Shown one piece after another: positions 32,986 through 47,000 of a stretch of 64,000 nucleotides of DNA. Origin of the DNA: Eledone cirrhosa (Eukaryota); contig OZ024756.1 of the NCBI GenBank assembly GCA_964016885.1, forward strand, positions 28,086,001-28,150,000. The letters are read 5' to 3'. Position numbers and translations under genes: made by a program. The notes beneath the pieces are model-generated. The model was not told where the DNA came from. It ran no database searches and saw nothing but the letters and a program-made list of their open reading frames with translations. How positions within the stretch are numbered: the first letter of the stretch is position 1; every line of letters begins with the position of its first letter.

Positions 32986-33838
32986 TTATATAAATATATG
33001 TATATTTATATAAATATACATATAAATATACATATATATAAATATACATATATATATATATAAATATACATATATATATATATAAATATACATATATATA
33101 TATAAATATACATATATATATATAAATATACATATATAAATATAAATATATATATATATACATATATATATATAAATATACATATATATATATAAATATA
33201 CATATATATATATAAATATACATATATATATATAAATATACATATATATATATATATATATAAATATACATATATATAAATATACATATATATATATATA
33301 TAAATATACATATATATATATATATATAAATATACATATATATATATATAAATATACATATATATATAAATATACATATATATAAATATACATATATATA
33401 TATATATATAAATATACATATATATATAAATATACGTATATATATATATATAAATATACATATATATATAAATATACATATACATACATATAAATATACA
33501 TATACATACATATAAATATACATATATATATATATAAATATAATATATATATATATAAATATACATATATATATATATAAATATACATATATATAAATAT
33601 ACATATATATATAAATATACATATATATATACATATAAATATACATATATATATATATACCCTTGCAAGCAGGGAAAAGCGGACGTATGATGATGATGAT
33701 GATGCATATAAATATACATATATATATATATAAATATACATATATATATATATAAATATACATATATATATATATAAATATACATATAAATATACATATA
33801 AATATACATATATATATATATATACATATAAATATACA

Positions 33839-33876
<38 letters not shown>

Positions 33877-33929
33877 AATATACATATATATATATAAATA
33901 TACATATATATATATAAATATACATATGT

Positions 33930-34273
33930 GGAGGCACGTGGCTTAGTGGTTAGAACATTGGCTTTGCAATTGAAAGGTTGTGAGTTCAATTCTCAGACCG
34001 GGTGATGTGTTGTTTCCTTGAGCAAGACACTTTATTTCACATTGCTCCAGTTTACTCAGCTGTAGAAATGAGATGATAGGGACTGGGGTCCATATCATTC
34101 CACTGCAAAGTGGTCGTGGAGGTGTCACGGCAAAAAAGCACCCAGCACTCACTGTAAATGAGGTTGGTGTTAGGAAGGGCATCCAGCTGTAGAAATCAAG
34201 CCAGCATCAGTTCCCGTCCACCCTTGCAAGCAGGGAAAAAGCAGACGTAAAATGAAATGATGAATGATGATGA
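33930..34273 (+). mobile_element. tRNA/CORE/RTE-tail SINE
   Basis: Near-identical to 21387-21723. Confidence 0.85.
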
Positions 34274-34335
34274 TATATAAATATACATATACATATAAAT
34301 ATACATATATATATACATATAAATATACATATATA

Positions 34336-34366
<31 letters not shown>

Positions 34367-34425
34367 ATATACATATATATACATATAAATATACATATAT
34401 ATATACATATAAATATACATATATA

Positions 34426-34456
<31 letters not shown>

Positions 34457-34881
34457 ATATACATATATATACATATAAATATACATATATATATACATAT
34501 AAATATACATATATATATAAATATACATATATATATATAAATATACATATAAATATACATAAATATACATATAAATATACATATATATATATATATATAC
34601 ATATAAATATACATATATATATAAATATACATACATATAAATATACATATACATACATATAAATATACATATACATAGATATAAATATACAAATACATAC
34701 ATATAAATATATATATACATATACATATATATATATAAATATACATATATATATATAAATATACATATAAATATACATATATATATATATATAAATATAC
34801 ATATATATATAAATATACATATATATATAAATATACATATACATAAATATAAATATACATATATATATATAAATATACATA

Positions 34882-34912
<31 letters not shown>

Positions 34913-35116
34913 ATATACATATATACATATATATATACATATATATACATATAAATATACATATATACATATATATATACATATATACATATATATATAC
35001 ATATATATACATATAAATATACATATATACATATATATATACATATATATACATATAAATATACATATATAAATATACAAATACATACATATAAATATAT
35101 ATATATCTACATATAA

Positions 35117-35155
<39 letters not shown>

Positions 35156-35299
35156 TACATACATATAAATATACATATATATACATATAAATATACATAT
35201 GTTCTAGTCGATCGACTTTCGTCAAATCGGACCGAGGAAACTATGTTTCCGTTGGTCTTTCCAATTGCTAATACTATCTATCGGTCGCAACTCCAGGTA

Positions 35300-35423
35300 G
35301 AAGGAGCAACGTGAAATAAAGTGTCTTGCTCAAGGACATAACGCATCGCCTGGTTCAGGAATCGAACTCACAACCTCACGATTGTGAATCCAATACTCTA
35401 ACCACTCAGCCACACGCCTTCAC
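35300..35423 (-). mobile_element. tRNA-head CORE-like SINE 5' part (different subfamily)
   Basis: Minus strand: tggctgagtggttagag...gagttcgattcc...gtccttgagcaagacactt. Confidence 0.7.
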
Positions 35424-36032
35424 TAAATGAAATATACATATATATACATATAAATATACATATATATACATATAAATATACATATATAAATATACAAATA
35501 CATACATATAAATATATATATATATACATATAAATATACATATATATATATATAAATATACATATACATACATATATATACATATAAATATACATATATA
35601 TATATATATACATATACATACATATAAATATACATATACATACATATAAATATACATATATATATATATATAAATATACATATATATATATAAATATACA
35701 TACATATAAATATACATATATATATATATATAAATATACATATATATATATAAATATACATATATAAATATACATATATATATATAAATATACATATATA
35801 TATATATAAATATACATATATATATATATAAATATACATATATATATAAATATACATATATATATATATAAATATACATATATATAAATATACATATATA
35901 TATATACATATATATATAAATATACATATATATATATATAAATATACATATATATAAATATACATATATATATATACATATATATATAAATATACATATA
36001 TATATATACATATATATATAAATATACATATA

Positions 36033-36063
<31 letters not shown>

Positions 36064-36100
36064 ATATACATATATATACATATAAATATACATATATATA

Positions 36101-38523
36101 AATATAGACATAGAATATTCGAAAATATTCTGTATGTTTATAATAAACATTTTGAAGACCTAATCGCTATAGAATAGAATACGTCACGTATTACAATTAG
36201 ATTCTCGATAAAAGCAAGGGAAGTAATCTACGCGTTTCATTCTTGTTAGAAATCATCAGGACTACATATCCAGTGCTTTTATCGAGAATGACACAGCTAG
36301 AGACTTATAGAATACTTAGATGTGTACAGGAACTGATTTGAAAGAGCGGTTGCCGGTCCGGCAGAAATTAGAAATTGGAATAAATGCTCTGAAATAGCGA
36401 CATATATGTGAATATAGACATAGAATATTCGAAAATATTCTGTATGTTTATAATAAACATTTTGAAGACCTAATCGCTATAGAATAGAATACGTCACGTA
36501 TTACAATTAGATTCTCGATAAAAGCAAGGGAAGTAATCTACGCGTTTCATTCTTGTTAGAAATCATCAGGACTACATATCCAGTGCTTTTATCGAGAATG
36601 ACACAGCTAGAGACTTATAGAATACTTAGATGTGTACAGGAACTGATTTGAAAGAGCGGTTGCCGGTCCGGCAGAAATTAGAAATTGGAATAAATGCTCT
36701 GAAATAGCGATATATATGTGAATATAGACATAGAATATTCGAAAATATTCTGTATGTTTATAATAAACATTTTGAAGACCTAATCGCTATAGAATAGAAT
36801 ACGTCACGTATTACAATTAGATTCTCGATAAAAGCAAGGGAAGTAATCTACGCGTTTCATTCTTGTTAGAAATCATCAGGACTACATATCCAGTGCTTTT
36901 ATCGAGAATGACACAGCTAGAGACTTATAGAATACTTAGATGTGTACAGGAACTGATTTGAAAGAGCGGTTGCCGGTCCGGCAGAAATTAGAAATTGGAA
37001 TAAATGCTCTGAAATAGCGATATATATGTGAATATAGACATAGAATATTCGAAAATATTCTGTATGTTTATAATAAACATTTTGAAGACCTAATCGCTAT
37101 AGAATAGAATACGTCACGTATTACAATTAGATTCTCGATAAAAGCAAGGGAAGTAATCTACGCGTTTCATTCTTGTTAGAAATCATCAGGGCTACATATC
37201 CAGTGCTTTTATCGAGAATGACACAGCTAGAGACTTATAGAATACTTAGATGTGTACAGGAACTGATTTGAAAGAGCGGTTGCCGGTCCGGCAGAAATTA
37301 GAAATTGGAATAAATGCTCTGAAATAGCGATATATATGTGAATATAGACATAGAATATTCGAAAATATTCTGTATGTTTATAATAAACATTTTGAAGACC
37401 TAATCGCTATAGAATAGAATACGTCACGTATTACAATTAGATTCTCGATAAAAGCAAGGGAAGTAATCTACGCGTTTCATTCTTGTTAGAAATCATCAGG
37501 ACTACATATCCAGTGCTTTTATCGAGAATGACACAGCTAGAGACTTATAGAATACTTAGATGTGTACAGGAACTGATTTGAAAGAGCGGTTGCCGGTCCG
37601 GCAGAAATTAGAAATTGGAATAAATGCTCTGAAATAGCGATATATATGTGAATATAGACATAGAATATTCGAAAATATTCTGTATGTTTATAATAAACAT
37701 TTTGAAGACCTAATCGCTATAGAATAGAATACGTCACGTATTACAATTAGATTCTCGATAAAAGCAAGGGAAGTAATCTACGCGTTTCATTCTTGTTAGA
37801 AATCATCAGGACTACATATCCAGTGCTTTTATCGAGAATGACACAGCTAGAGACTTATAGAATACTTAGATGTGTACAGGAACTGATTTGAAAGAGCGGT
37901 TGCCGGTCCGGCAGAAATTAGAAATTGGAATAAATGCTCTGAAATAGCGATATATATGTGAATATAGACATAGAATATTCGAAAATATTCTGTATGTTTA
38001 TAATAAACATTTTGAAGACCTAATCGCTATAGAATAGAATACGTCACGTATTACAATTAGATTCTCGATAAAAGCAAGGGAAGTAATCTACGCGTTTCAT
38101 TCTTGTTAGAAATCATCAGGACTACATATCCAGTGCTTTTATCGAGAATGACACAGCTAGAGACTTATAGAATACTTAGATGTGTACAGGAACTGATTTG
38201 AAAGAGCGGTTGCCGGTCCGGCAGAAATTAGAAATTGGAATAAATGCTCTGAAATAGCGATATATATGTGAATATAGACATAGAATATTCGAAAATATTC
38301 TGTATGTTTATAATAAACATTTTGAAGACCTAATCGCTATAGAATAGAATACGTCACGTATTACAATTAGATTCTCGATAAAAGCAAGGGAAGTAATCTA
38401 CGCGTTTCATTCTTGTTAGAAATCATCAGGACTACATATCCAGTGCTTTTATCGAGAATGACACAGCTAGAGACTTATAGAATACTTAGATGTGTACAGG
38501 AACTGATTTGAAAGAGCGGTTGC
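36101..38523 (-). mobile_element. 310-bp tandem array, ~7.8 units, one hammerhead per unit (retrozyme-like)
   Basis: Marker gaaaatattc recurs at 36121, 36431, 36741, 37051, 37361, 37671, 37981 and 38291. HHR cores start at 36223+310n. Confidence 0.9.
36223..36265 (-). ncRNA. Minimal type I hammerhead ribozyme (first of 13 copies)
   Basis: GUAGUC-CUGAUGA-uUUCUaacaAGAAu-GAAA-CGCG-UA-GAUUAC, with 6-bp stem I and palindromic stem III ACGCGU. A 16-bp distal helix attctcgataaaagca/tgcttttatcgagaat spans 36201-36289. Confidence 0.85.
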
Positions 38524-38981
38524 ATCGAGAATCTAATTGTAATACGTGACGTATTCTATTCTATAGCGATTAGGTCTTCAAAATGTTTATTATAAACATA
38601 CAGAATATTTTCGAATATTCTATGTCTATATTCACATATATATCGCTATTTCAGAGCATTTATTCCAATTTCTAATTTCTGCCGGACCGGCAACCGCTCT
38701 TTCAAATCAGTTCCTGTACACATCTAAGTATTCTATAAGTCTCTAGCTGTGTCATTCTCGATAAAAGCACTGGATATGTAGTCCTGATGATTTCTAACAA
38801 GAATGAAACGCGTAGATTACTTCCCTTGCTTTTATCGAGAATCTAATTGTAATACGTGACGTATTCTATTCTATAGCGATTAGGTCTTCAAAATGTTTAT
38901 TATAAACATACAGAATATTTTCGAATATTCTATGTCTATATTCACATATATATCGCTATTTCAGAGCATTTATTCCAATTT
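38524..38981 (+). mobile_element. Inverted 1.5-unit continuation of the 310-bp array (HHR at 38778-38820)
   Basis: Exact reverse complement of the unit, joined at ...gagcggttgc|atcgagaat. Confidence 0.9.
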
Positions 38982-39087
38982 ATACATATATATATACATA
39001 TAAATATACATATATATATATAAATATACATATATATATATAAATAAATATACATATAAATATACATAAATATACATATAAATATAC

Positions 39088-39120
<33 letters not shown>

Positions 39121-39304
39121 AATATACATATACATATATATATATATAAATATACATATACATACATATAAATATACATATACATACATATAAATATACA
39201 TATACATAGATATAAATATACAAATACATACATATAAATATACATATACATACATATAAATATACATATACATAGATATAAATAGACAAAATACATACAT
39301 ATAA

Positions 39305-39335
<31 letters not shown>

Positions 39336-39382
39336 AATATACATATATATATATAAATATACATATATATATATAAATATAC

Positions 39383-39413
<31 letters not shown>

Positions 39414-39692
39414 AATATACTTATATATATATATAAATATACATATATATATATATATACATATATATATAAATATACATATACATACATATAAATATAC
39501 ATATATATATATAAATATACATATATATATATACATATATACATATATATATATACATATATATACATATAAATATACATATATACATATATATATACAT
39601 ATGTATACATATAAATATACATATATACATATAAATATACATATATAAATATACAAATACATACATATAAATATATATATATCTACATATAA

Positions 39693-39730
<38 letters not shown>

Positions 39731-40628
39731 ATATACATATATATACATATAAATATACATATATATACATATAAATATACATATATATACATATAAATAT
39801 ACATATATAAATATACAAATACATACATATAAATATATATATATAAATATACAAATACATACATATAAATATATATATATATACAGATAAATATACATAT
39901 ATATATATATATAAATATACAAATACATACATATAAATATATATATATATACAGATAAATATACATATATATATATATATAAATATACATATACATACAT
40001 ATAAATATACATATATATATATAAATATACATATATATATAAATATACATATATATATAAATATACAAATATATATATATATAAATATACATATATAAAT
40101 ATACATATATATATATAAATATACATATATATATATATAAATATACATATATATATATATAAATATACATATATATAAATATACATATATATATATAAAT
40201 ATACATATATATAAATATACATATATATATATACATATATATATAAATATACATATATATATAAATATACATATATATATATACATATATATATAAATAT
40301 ACATATATATATATAAATACATATATATATAAATATACATATATATATATAAATATATATATATAAATATATATATATAAATATATATATATAAATAAAT
40401 ATACATATATATATATAAATATATATATATAAATATATATATATAAATATATATATATAAATAAATATACATATATATATATAAATATATATATATAAAT
40501 ATATATATATAAATAAATATATATATATAAATATATATATATAAATAAATATATATATATAAATAAATATATATAAATAAATATACATAAATAAATATAC
40601 ATATATATATATAAATATATATATAAAT

Positions 40629-41930
40629 AATATAGACATAGAATATTCGAAAATATTCTGTATGTTTATAATAAACATTTTGAAGACCTAATCGCTTTTC
40701 TGCCGGACCGGCAACCGCTCTTTCAAACCAGTTCCTGTACACAGCTAAGTATTCTATAAGTCTCTAGCTGTGTCATTCTCGATAAAAGCACTGGATATGT
40801 AGTCCTGATGATTTCTAACGAGAATGAAACGCGTAGATTACTTCCCTTGCTTTTGTCGAGAATCTAATTGTAATACGTGACGTATTCTATTCTATAGCGA
40901 TTAGGTCTTCAAAATGTTTATTATAAACATACAGAATATTTTCGAATATTCTATGTCTATATTCACATATATATCGCTATTTCAGAGCATTTATTCCAAT
41001 TTCTAATTTCTGCCGGACCGGCAACCGCTCTTTCAAACCAGTTCCTGTACACAGCTAAGTATTCTATAAGTCTCTAGCTGTGTCATTCTCGATAAAAGCA
41101 CTGGATATGTAGTCCTGATGATTTCTAACGAGAATGAAACGCGTAGATTACTTCCCTTGCTTTTGTCGAGAATCTAATTGTAATACGTGACGTATTCTAT
41201 TCTATAGCGATTAGGTCTTCAAAATGTTTATTATAAACATACAGAATATTTTCGAATATTCTATGTCTATATTCACATATATATCGCTATTTCAGAGCAT
41301 TTATTCCAATTTCTAATTTCTGCCGGACCGGCAACCGCTCTTTCAAACCAGTTCCTGTACACAGCTAAGTATTCTATAAGTCTCTAGCTGTGTCATTCTC
41401 GATAAAAGCACTGGATATGTAGTCCTGATGATTTCTAACGAGAATGAAACGCGTAGATTACTTCCCTTGCTTTTGTCGAGAATCTAATTGTAATACGTGA
41501 CGTATTCTATTCTATAGCGATTAGGTCTTCAAAATGTTTATTATAAACATACAGAATATTTTCGAATATTCTATGTCTATATTCACATATATATCGCTAT
41601 TTCAGAGCATTTATTCCAATTTCTAATTTCTGCCGGACCGGCAACCGCTCTTTCAAACCAGTTCCTGTACACAGCTAAGTATTCTATAAGTCTCTAGCTG
41701 TGTCATTCTCGATAAAAGCACTGGATATGTAGTCCTGATGATTTCTAACGAGAATGAAACGCGTAGATTACTTCCCTTGCTTTTGTCGAGAATCTAATTG
41801 TAATACGTGACGTATTCTATTCTATAGCGATTAGGTCTTCAAAATGTTTATTATAAACATACAGAATATTTTCGAATATTCTATGTCTATATTCACATAT
41901 ATATCGCTATTTCAGAGCATTTATTCCAAT
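40629..41930 (+). mobile_element. Second 310-bp array: 68-bp inverted stub plus ~4 units (HHRs at 40799, 41109, 41419, 41729)
   Basis: Same unit with four diagnostic substitutions shared by all four copies. Confidence 0.9.
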
Positions 41931-42056
41931 ATATAAATAAATATATATAAATAAATATACATATATATATATAAATATATATATATAAATATACATATAT
42001 ATAAATATACATATATATAAATATACATATATATAAATATACATATATATATATAC

Positions 42057-42157
<101 letters not shown>

Positions 42158-42168
42158 CATATATATAC

Positions 42169-42199
<31 letters not shown>

Positions 42200-42729
42200 C
42201 ATATATATACATATATATATATACATATATATATATACATATATATATACATATATATATATATACATATATATATACATGGTGGCTGCCAACTCGTTTT
42301 CGAGTACGGCCACTACTTTATATCCATGTAGGAGAACCCCTACTGATGTGCTGAACGAGTGTGACTTTTCAATCCAGCCAGCGACTTGAAAACTCTGGTA
42401 CAAACACTACACCTGTGACAATGATTGACACACAGTGCTGGGCCCATGGTACCATGTGACGACAAGTGCAGAGAGATCTCCAGATATAAAGCAATGCCTG
42501 TGCCGTGAAGCTTTTATAGTGAGCAAAGGCACTGCACAAAGCCAGTCCCACTCTCTTAACCAAGATGATATTTACCAAAAAGAAGAACAAGTCAACATCA
42601 TTGGATACCATCAGGGTTGCAGGTGTTATATCAGAGTTTTCCTTCTCCTAGAATTCTGCCTTGACAAAGGCTAAGGGGTCATCTCTCCCGGTGATACATA
42701 TACATACATATACATACATACATATATAT

Positions 42730-42808
<79 letters not shown>

Positions 42809-42809
42809 A

Positions 42810-42849
<40 letters not shown>

Positions 42850-42883
42850 CACAATATATATATACATATATATATATATACAC

Positions 42884-42934
<51 letters not shown>

Positions 42935-42937
42935 CAC

Positions 42938-42990
<53 letters not shown>

Positions 42991-42991
42991 C

Positions 42992-43074
<83 letters not shown>

Positions 43075-43079
43075 TATAC

Positions 43080-43218
<139 letters not shown>

Positions 43219-43271
43219 AATATACATATACATATATACATATATACATATATATATATATAAATATACAA

Positions 43272-46200
43272 ATCATCATCATCATCATCATCACCGTTTT
43301 ACGTCCGTTCTTCCACGCTAGCATGGGTTAGACGGGTTGTCCTGTTGTGGGCAGTGTCTGGTCGGCTGACCATGCCTTGCTCATACAGGAACTGATCTGG
43401 CTTGATTTCTACAGCTGGATGCCCTTCCTAACACCAACCTCATTTACAGTGAGTGCTGGGTGCTTTTTCGTGGCGCCTACACGTCCACTTTACAGTGTGG
43501 GCTGGGTGCTTTTTTGCCGTGGCACCTCCACGACCACCTTGCGGTGGGGGGGGGGGGGGCATATTGTTTATATGCTTCAGCATGTACCCATGGGAGGTCG
43601 GGTACCCTGTATTACTGCGTGACGCCAGAAGTCACGGTCGTGTGTCATTGACTTTGAGAGGTGTAGTTGGGTAAGGTCGGCTTTTATCACCTCATCCCAA
43701 GTCATCTTGGGTCTCCCCACTCCGCGGTTTCCATCAACTTCTAGTGCTCTGCACCTTTTTATGCAGCTGTCATCCTTCATACGCATCACATGTCCATACC
43801 AGCGTAACCGCCTCTCCTGCACGCAGCATTTGATTCCTCTTATGCTCAGTCTCTCTCTCAATTCATTTATGCTTTGTCGTTCACGTATATTACTGTTACA
43901 CATCCATCGGAGCATGCAGGCTTCGTTTCTCTCTAATCTACGTAAGTCTTCCACCTTCAGCGCCCAGGTCTCACTACCATGCAACATCGCTGTTCGGATA
44001 CACGCATCATACAGTCTGCCTTTCATTCTGAGGGAGAAGCCTTTTGCAGCTAGCAGTGGTAGTAGTTCCCTAAACTTCTTCCATCCCGTTCTTACCCTAG
44101 TTATTGTACTTTCTGAGCACCCACCTCCGTTGCTAATTCGGTCACCTAGGTAGCAGAAGCTGTCTACTGTTTCTACAGGGCCCTCCCAGAGATTGGTGGT
44201 ACTTGTTTCCTGTGGCTGTTTGCTTGCTGTTTCAGCACAGCTGCTGCATGTGAATCCTACATTCTTAATTAAGCTTCCTGAGATCCCGCTACATCTCTTG
44301 TGTACCCATTGTTTGCATTTGGGGCAAAGAATGGAGTTCCTACCTACACCTTTCCTACATACTGAGCAAGGCCATTTCCCTGAGGGGATCTGGGTTCTGT
44401 TTTCTCGTCTACTTATAAGGACCTTAGTCTTTGTCATGTTGACTTTGAGGCCCTTTCTCTCTAGTCCCTGCTTCCAGGTTTGGAATTTATTCTCTAGTTC
44501 TACCATAGATTCAGCTATGAGTGCGAGGTCATCAGCATACAGGAGTTCCCATGGGCATCCGGTCTTAAACTCCTCCGTTATTGCCTGCAGGACTATGATG
44601 AACAGGAGAGGGCTAAGAACAGAGCCCTGGTGGACCCCAACCTGTACGCTAAATTCCTCGCTATACTCATTGCCAATCCTAACTTTGCTGACTGCTCCCC
44701 TATACATGGCTTGTACCGCTTTCACAAGCCATTCATCTACTCCTAGTTTTCTAAGAGCCCACCAGATTACTGCACGTGGAACTCTGTCAAAGGCTTTCTC
44801 AAGGTCGACAAATGCCAAGTAGAGTGGCTTACTTTTAGCTAGGTACTTTTCCTGTAATTGCCTCACAAGGAAGAGCGCATCAGTGGTGCCTTTCCCTGGT
44901 ACAAACCCAAATTGCATCTCGTCTATATTCACCCGGTCCCTAATCAGCTGTGCTATAACTCTTTCTGTTACTTTCATGACCTGGTCCATCAACTTTATAC
45001 CTCTATAGTTTCCTCTATCTAGTGCATCGCCTTTACCTTTGTAGCAGTTGACAATGATGCTACTGCACCAATCTTTTGGTATGGCCCCCTCTAGTATTAC
45101 CTGGTTAACGATACGTGTGGTTATAGTGTGACCTACAGACCCAGATGCCTTCAGCATCTCGGCAGCTATACCCGATGGACCGGTTGCCTTCCCTATCTTC
45201 ATATCTCTGATTGCCTTACTTACTACGCTGCCGCTGACTTGTACTGCTGGTCCCTCTATAGGGTCTACGTGGGGTAGGGTCTCTTCTTCCCATGCATTCT
45301 CCTCATTTAGTAATCTATCATAATGACTCTTCCATGCATCTTTCTTCTCAGCACTTGTGAGGGCAAGCTCACCTTTATCATTCCGGATACACTTCTCTCC
45401 AATGACATCACAACTATCTCTGACACACTGCCTCGCAATCTTGAATACCTCCTGTTTCTGGTCCTCACGTTGTAAAACATGCTTGAATTTTCTATCCTCT
45501 GCTTCCCTCCTAGCTAAGTATACTTGTCGCCTAGCTTCCCTCTTGGTCTCTATGTAATGTACCCTGCTCCCCCCGTTCTTCCATTCTTTCCATGCCTGTC
45601 TCTTGGCCTTGACTGCTTCATCTACCTTATTGTTCCACCACCAAGTCACTCTCCTCCTGCTTGAGGTCTTACTCCAGCCACAAACCTCATCCGTCGCCTC
45701 TAGTAAGTTATTTTTTAGGAACTCCCAGTTCTCTTCTACGTTAAATGTCTCTATCTGTTCTTCTTTACTGTCGTAGGCGTTGAGTAAAATATCTTTAAAT
45801 CTGTTACTGGTTGAGGGGACTTTCAGCTTCCAGATCTTTCTTCTCCAGGTTGGCCTCTGTTTCAGGGCTCGTCTAGTTCTGACCGTGAGGTCGCTGACAA
45901 CTAAGCTATGTTGGGATGTACATTCCTCACTAGGGAAGGCTTTTGTGTTTACGACCGTCCATCTGTCACGTCCTCTGATGAGGATAAAATCTAACTGACT
46001 AGAGTGCTCCCCTGATCTATAGGTGATCAGGTGGTTGTCGGGTTTTTTAAAGTTTGTGTTACATATCGACATGTCATTGGCGTCGCAGAATTCTAGAAGT
46101 CTGAATCCTTCCTCATTCCTTGTGCCAACTCCATGGCCTCCATGTACTCTATTGAAGCCGTCGCAGTGTTTACCTACGTGTCCGTTAAAATCTCCTGCAA

Positions 46201-46573
46201 TGATTAGGAAGTCCTTGTCGTCTGTTAGAGCAGTAGTGTGTATTAGGGACTCGTAAAACCTATCCTTAAGTTCGTCTGGCAGCCCCGATTGGGGTGCGTA
46301 AGCTGATATTATTGTGGTAATTGTCTTATTCAGGACTAGTCTGAGTTTAATGATTCTTGCATTTACCCTGTACACTGAGATTACTTTATCTACCCACTTG
46401 TCAGCTAATAGTATACCTACACCACCCATCCCATCGTCATTTCCCACCCAGAAAAATTTGTAGCACTGGCTTTTTCCTACAAGGACTCTAGCAGACCCTC
46501 CTCTCCATCTAGTCTCTTGCACACAGCATACATCAACTTCCTTTCGCTCTAGCATACATCAACTTCCTTTCGC
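43272..46573 (-). mobile_element. Nearly full-length, 5'-truncated RTE LINE (family A) with (ATG)n tail
   Basis: ORF, ~300-bp 3'UTR and tail, flanked by (TA)n-type tracts on both sides. Confidence 0.93.
43577..46555 (-). CDS. LINE ORF: APE endonuclease + reverse transcriptase with an inserted PHD finger (992 aa, N-terminus truncated)
   Basis: [33 protein letters not shown] (APE); [41 protein letters not shown] (RT). No internal stops. Confidence 0.93.
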   Translation of the reverse strand: MLERKEVDVCCVQETRWRGGSARVLVGKSQCYKFFWVGNDDGMGGVGILLADKWVDKVISVYRVNARIIKLRLVLNKTITTIISAYAPQSGLPDELKDRFYESLIHTTALTDDKDFLIIAGDFNGHVGKHCDGFNRVHGGHGVGTRNEEGFRLLEFCDANDMSICNTNFKKPDNHLITYRSGEHSSQLDFILIRGRDRWTVVNTKAFPSEECTSQHSLVVSDLTVRTRRALKQRPTWRRKIWKLKVPSTSNRFKDILLNAYDSKEEQIETFNVEENWEFLKNNLLEATDEVCGWSKTSSRRRVTWWWNNKVDEAVKAKRQAWKEWKNGGSRVHYIETKREARRQVYLARREAEDRKFKHVLQREDQKQEVFKIARQCVRDSCDVIGEKCIRNDKGELALTSAEKKDAWKSHYDRLLNEENAWEEETLPHVDPIEGPAVQVSGSVVSKAIRDMKIGKATGPSGIAAEMLKASGSVGHTITTRIVNQVILEGAIPKDWCSSIIVNCYKGKGDALDRGNYRGIKLMDQVMKVTERVIAQLIRDRVNIDEMQFGFVPGKGTTDALFLVRQLQEKYLAKSKPLYLAFVDLEKAFDRVPRAVIWWALRKLGVDEWLVKAVQAMYRGAVSKVRIGNEYSEEFSVQVGVHQGSVLSPLLFIIVLQAITEEFKTGCPWELLYADDLALIAESMVELENKFQTWKQGLERKGLKVNMTKTKVLISRRENRTQIPSGKWPCSVCRKGVGRNSILCPKCKQWVHKRCSGISGSLIKNVGFTCSSCAETASKQPQETSTTNLWEGPVETVDSFCYLGDRISNGGGCSESTITRVRTGWKKFRELLPLLAAKGFSLRMKGRLYDACIRTAMLHGSETWALKVEDLRRLERNEACMLRWMCNSNIRERQSINELRERLSIRGIKCCVQERRLRWYGHVMRMKDDSCIKRCRALEVDGNRGVGRPKMTWDEVIKADLTQLHLSKSMTHDRDFWRHAVIQGTRPPMGTC

Positions 46574-47000
46574 AAATACATATATATAAATATACATACA
46601 TATAAATATACATATATATATATATATATATAAATATACATATATATATATATATATATATACATACAAATATACATATATCTATATATAAATATACATA
46701 TATATATATGGGTGAGAGGAATAGAGCGAGTGATGAATGTTGGGAAGAGGAATGAGATGAGATGGTTGGGTCATGTGTTGAGGAAGGATGAAACTGGGTG
46801 AGAGAAGTGCTGGAAACGAGTGTGGAAGAACATAGTGGAAGGAAAAGATCAAGAAAGAAATGTCTAAAGCTCATGGAGAGTGCAATGAAAGCCAGGTCGT
46901 GGGGGGGGGGGGGCATATGATATGCAAAATCAAAACACTCATTATGGAGCACCTGCAATCAAGAATTTGGAGAGATTTTGTAATAGAATTAAATTTTCCA

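Noticed and set aside
35201-35290. Possible hammerhead on the minus strand (GAAAGTCGATCGACTA, palindromic stem III)
   Set aside because: No CUGANGA core or matching stem I upstream; at best a 3' half remnant.
36101-41930. CRISPR array or 5S/snRNA gene cluster
   Set aside because: Units are identical throughout with no unique spacers, the context is eukaryotic, and I see no 5S, U-snRNA or tRNA sequence in the unit.
42280-42695. GC-richer island in (TA)n with short ORFs
   Set aside because: The frames I read are short or interrupted and have no recognisable motif; probably a decayed repeat, but I cannot assign it.
43707-46256. Plus-strand ORFs overlapping the LINE
   Set aside because: Antisense shadows of the RTE ORF.
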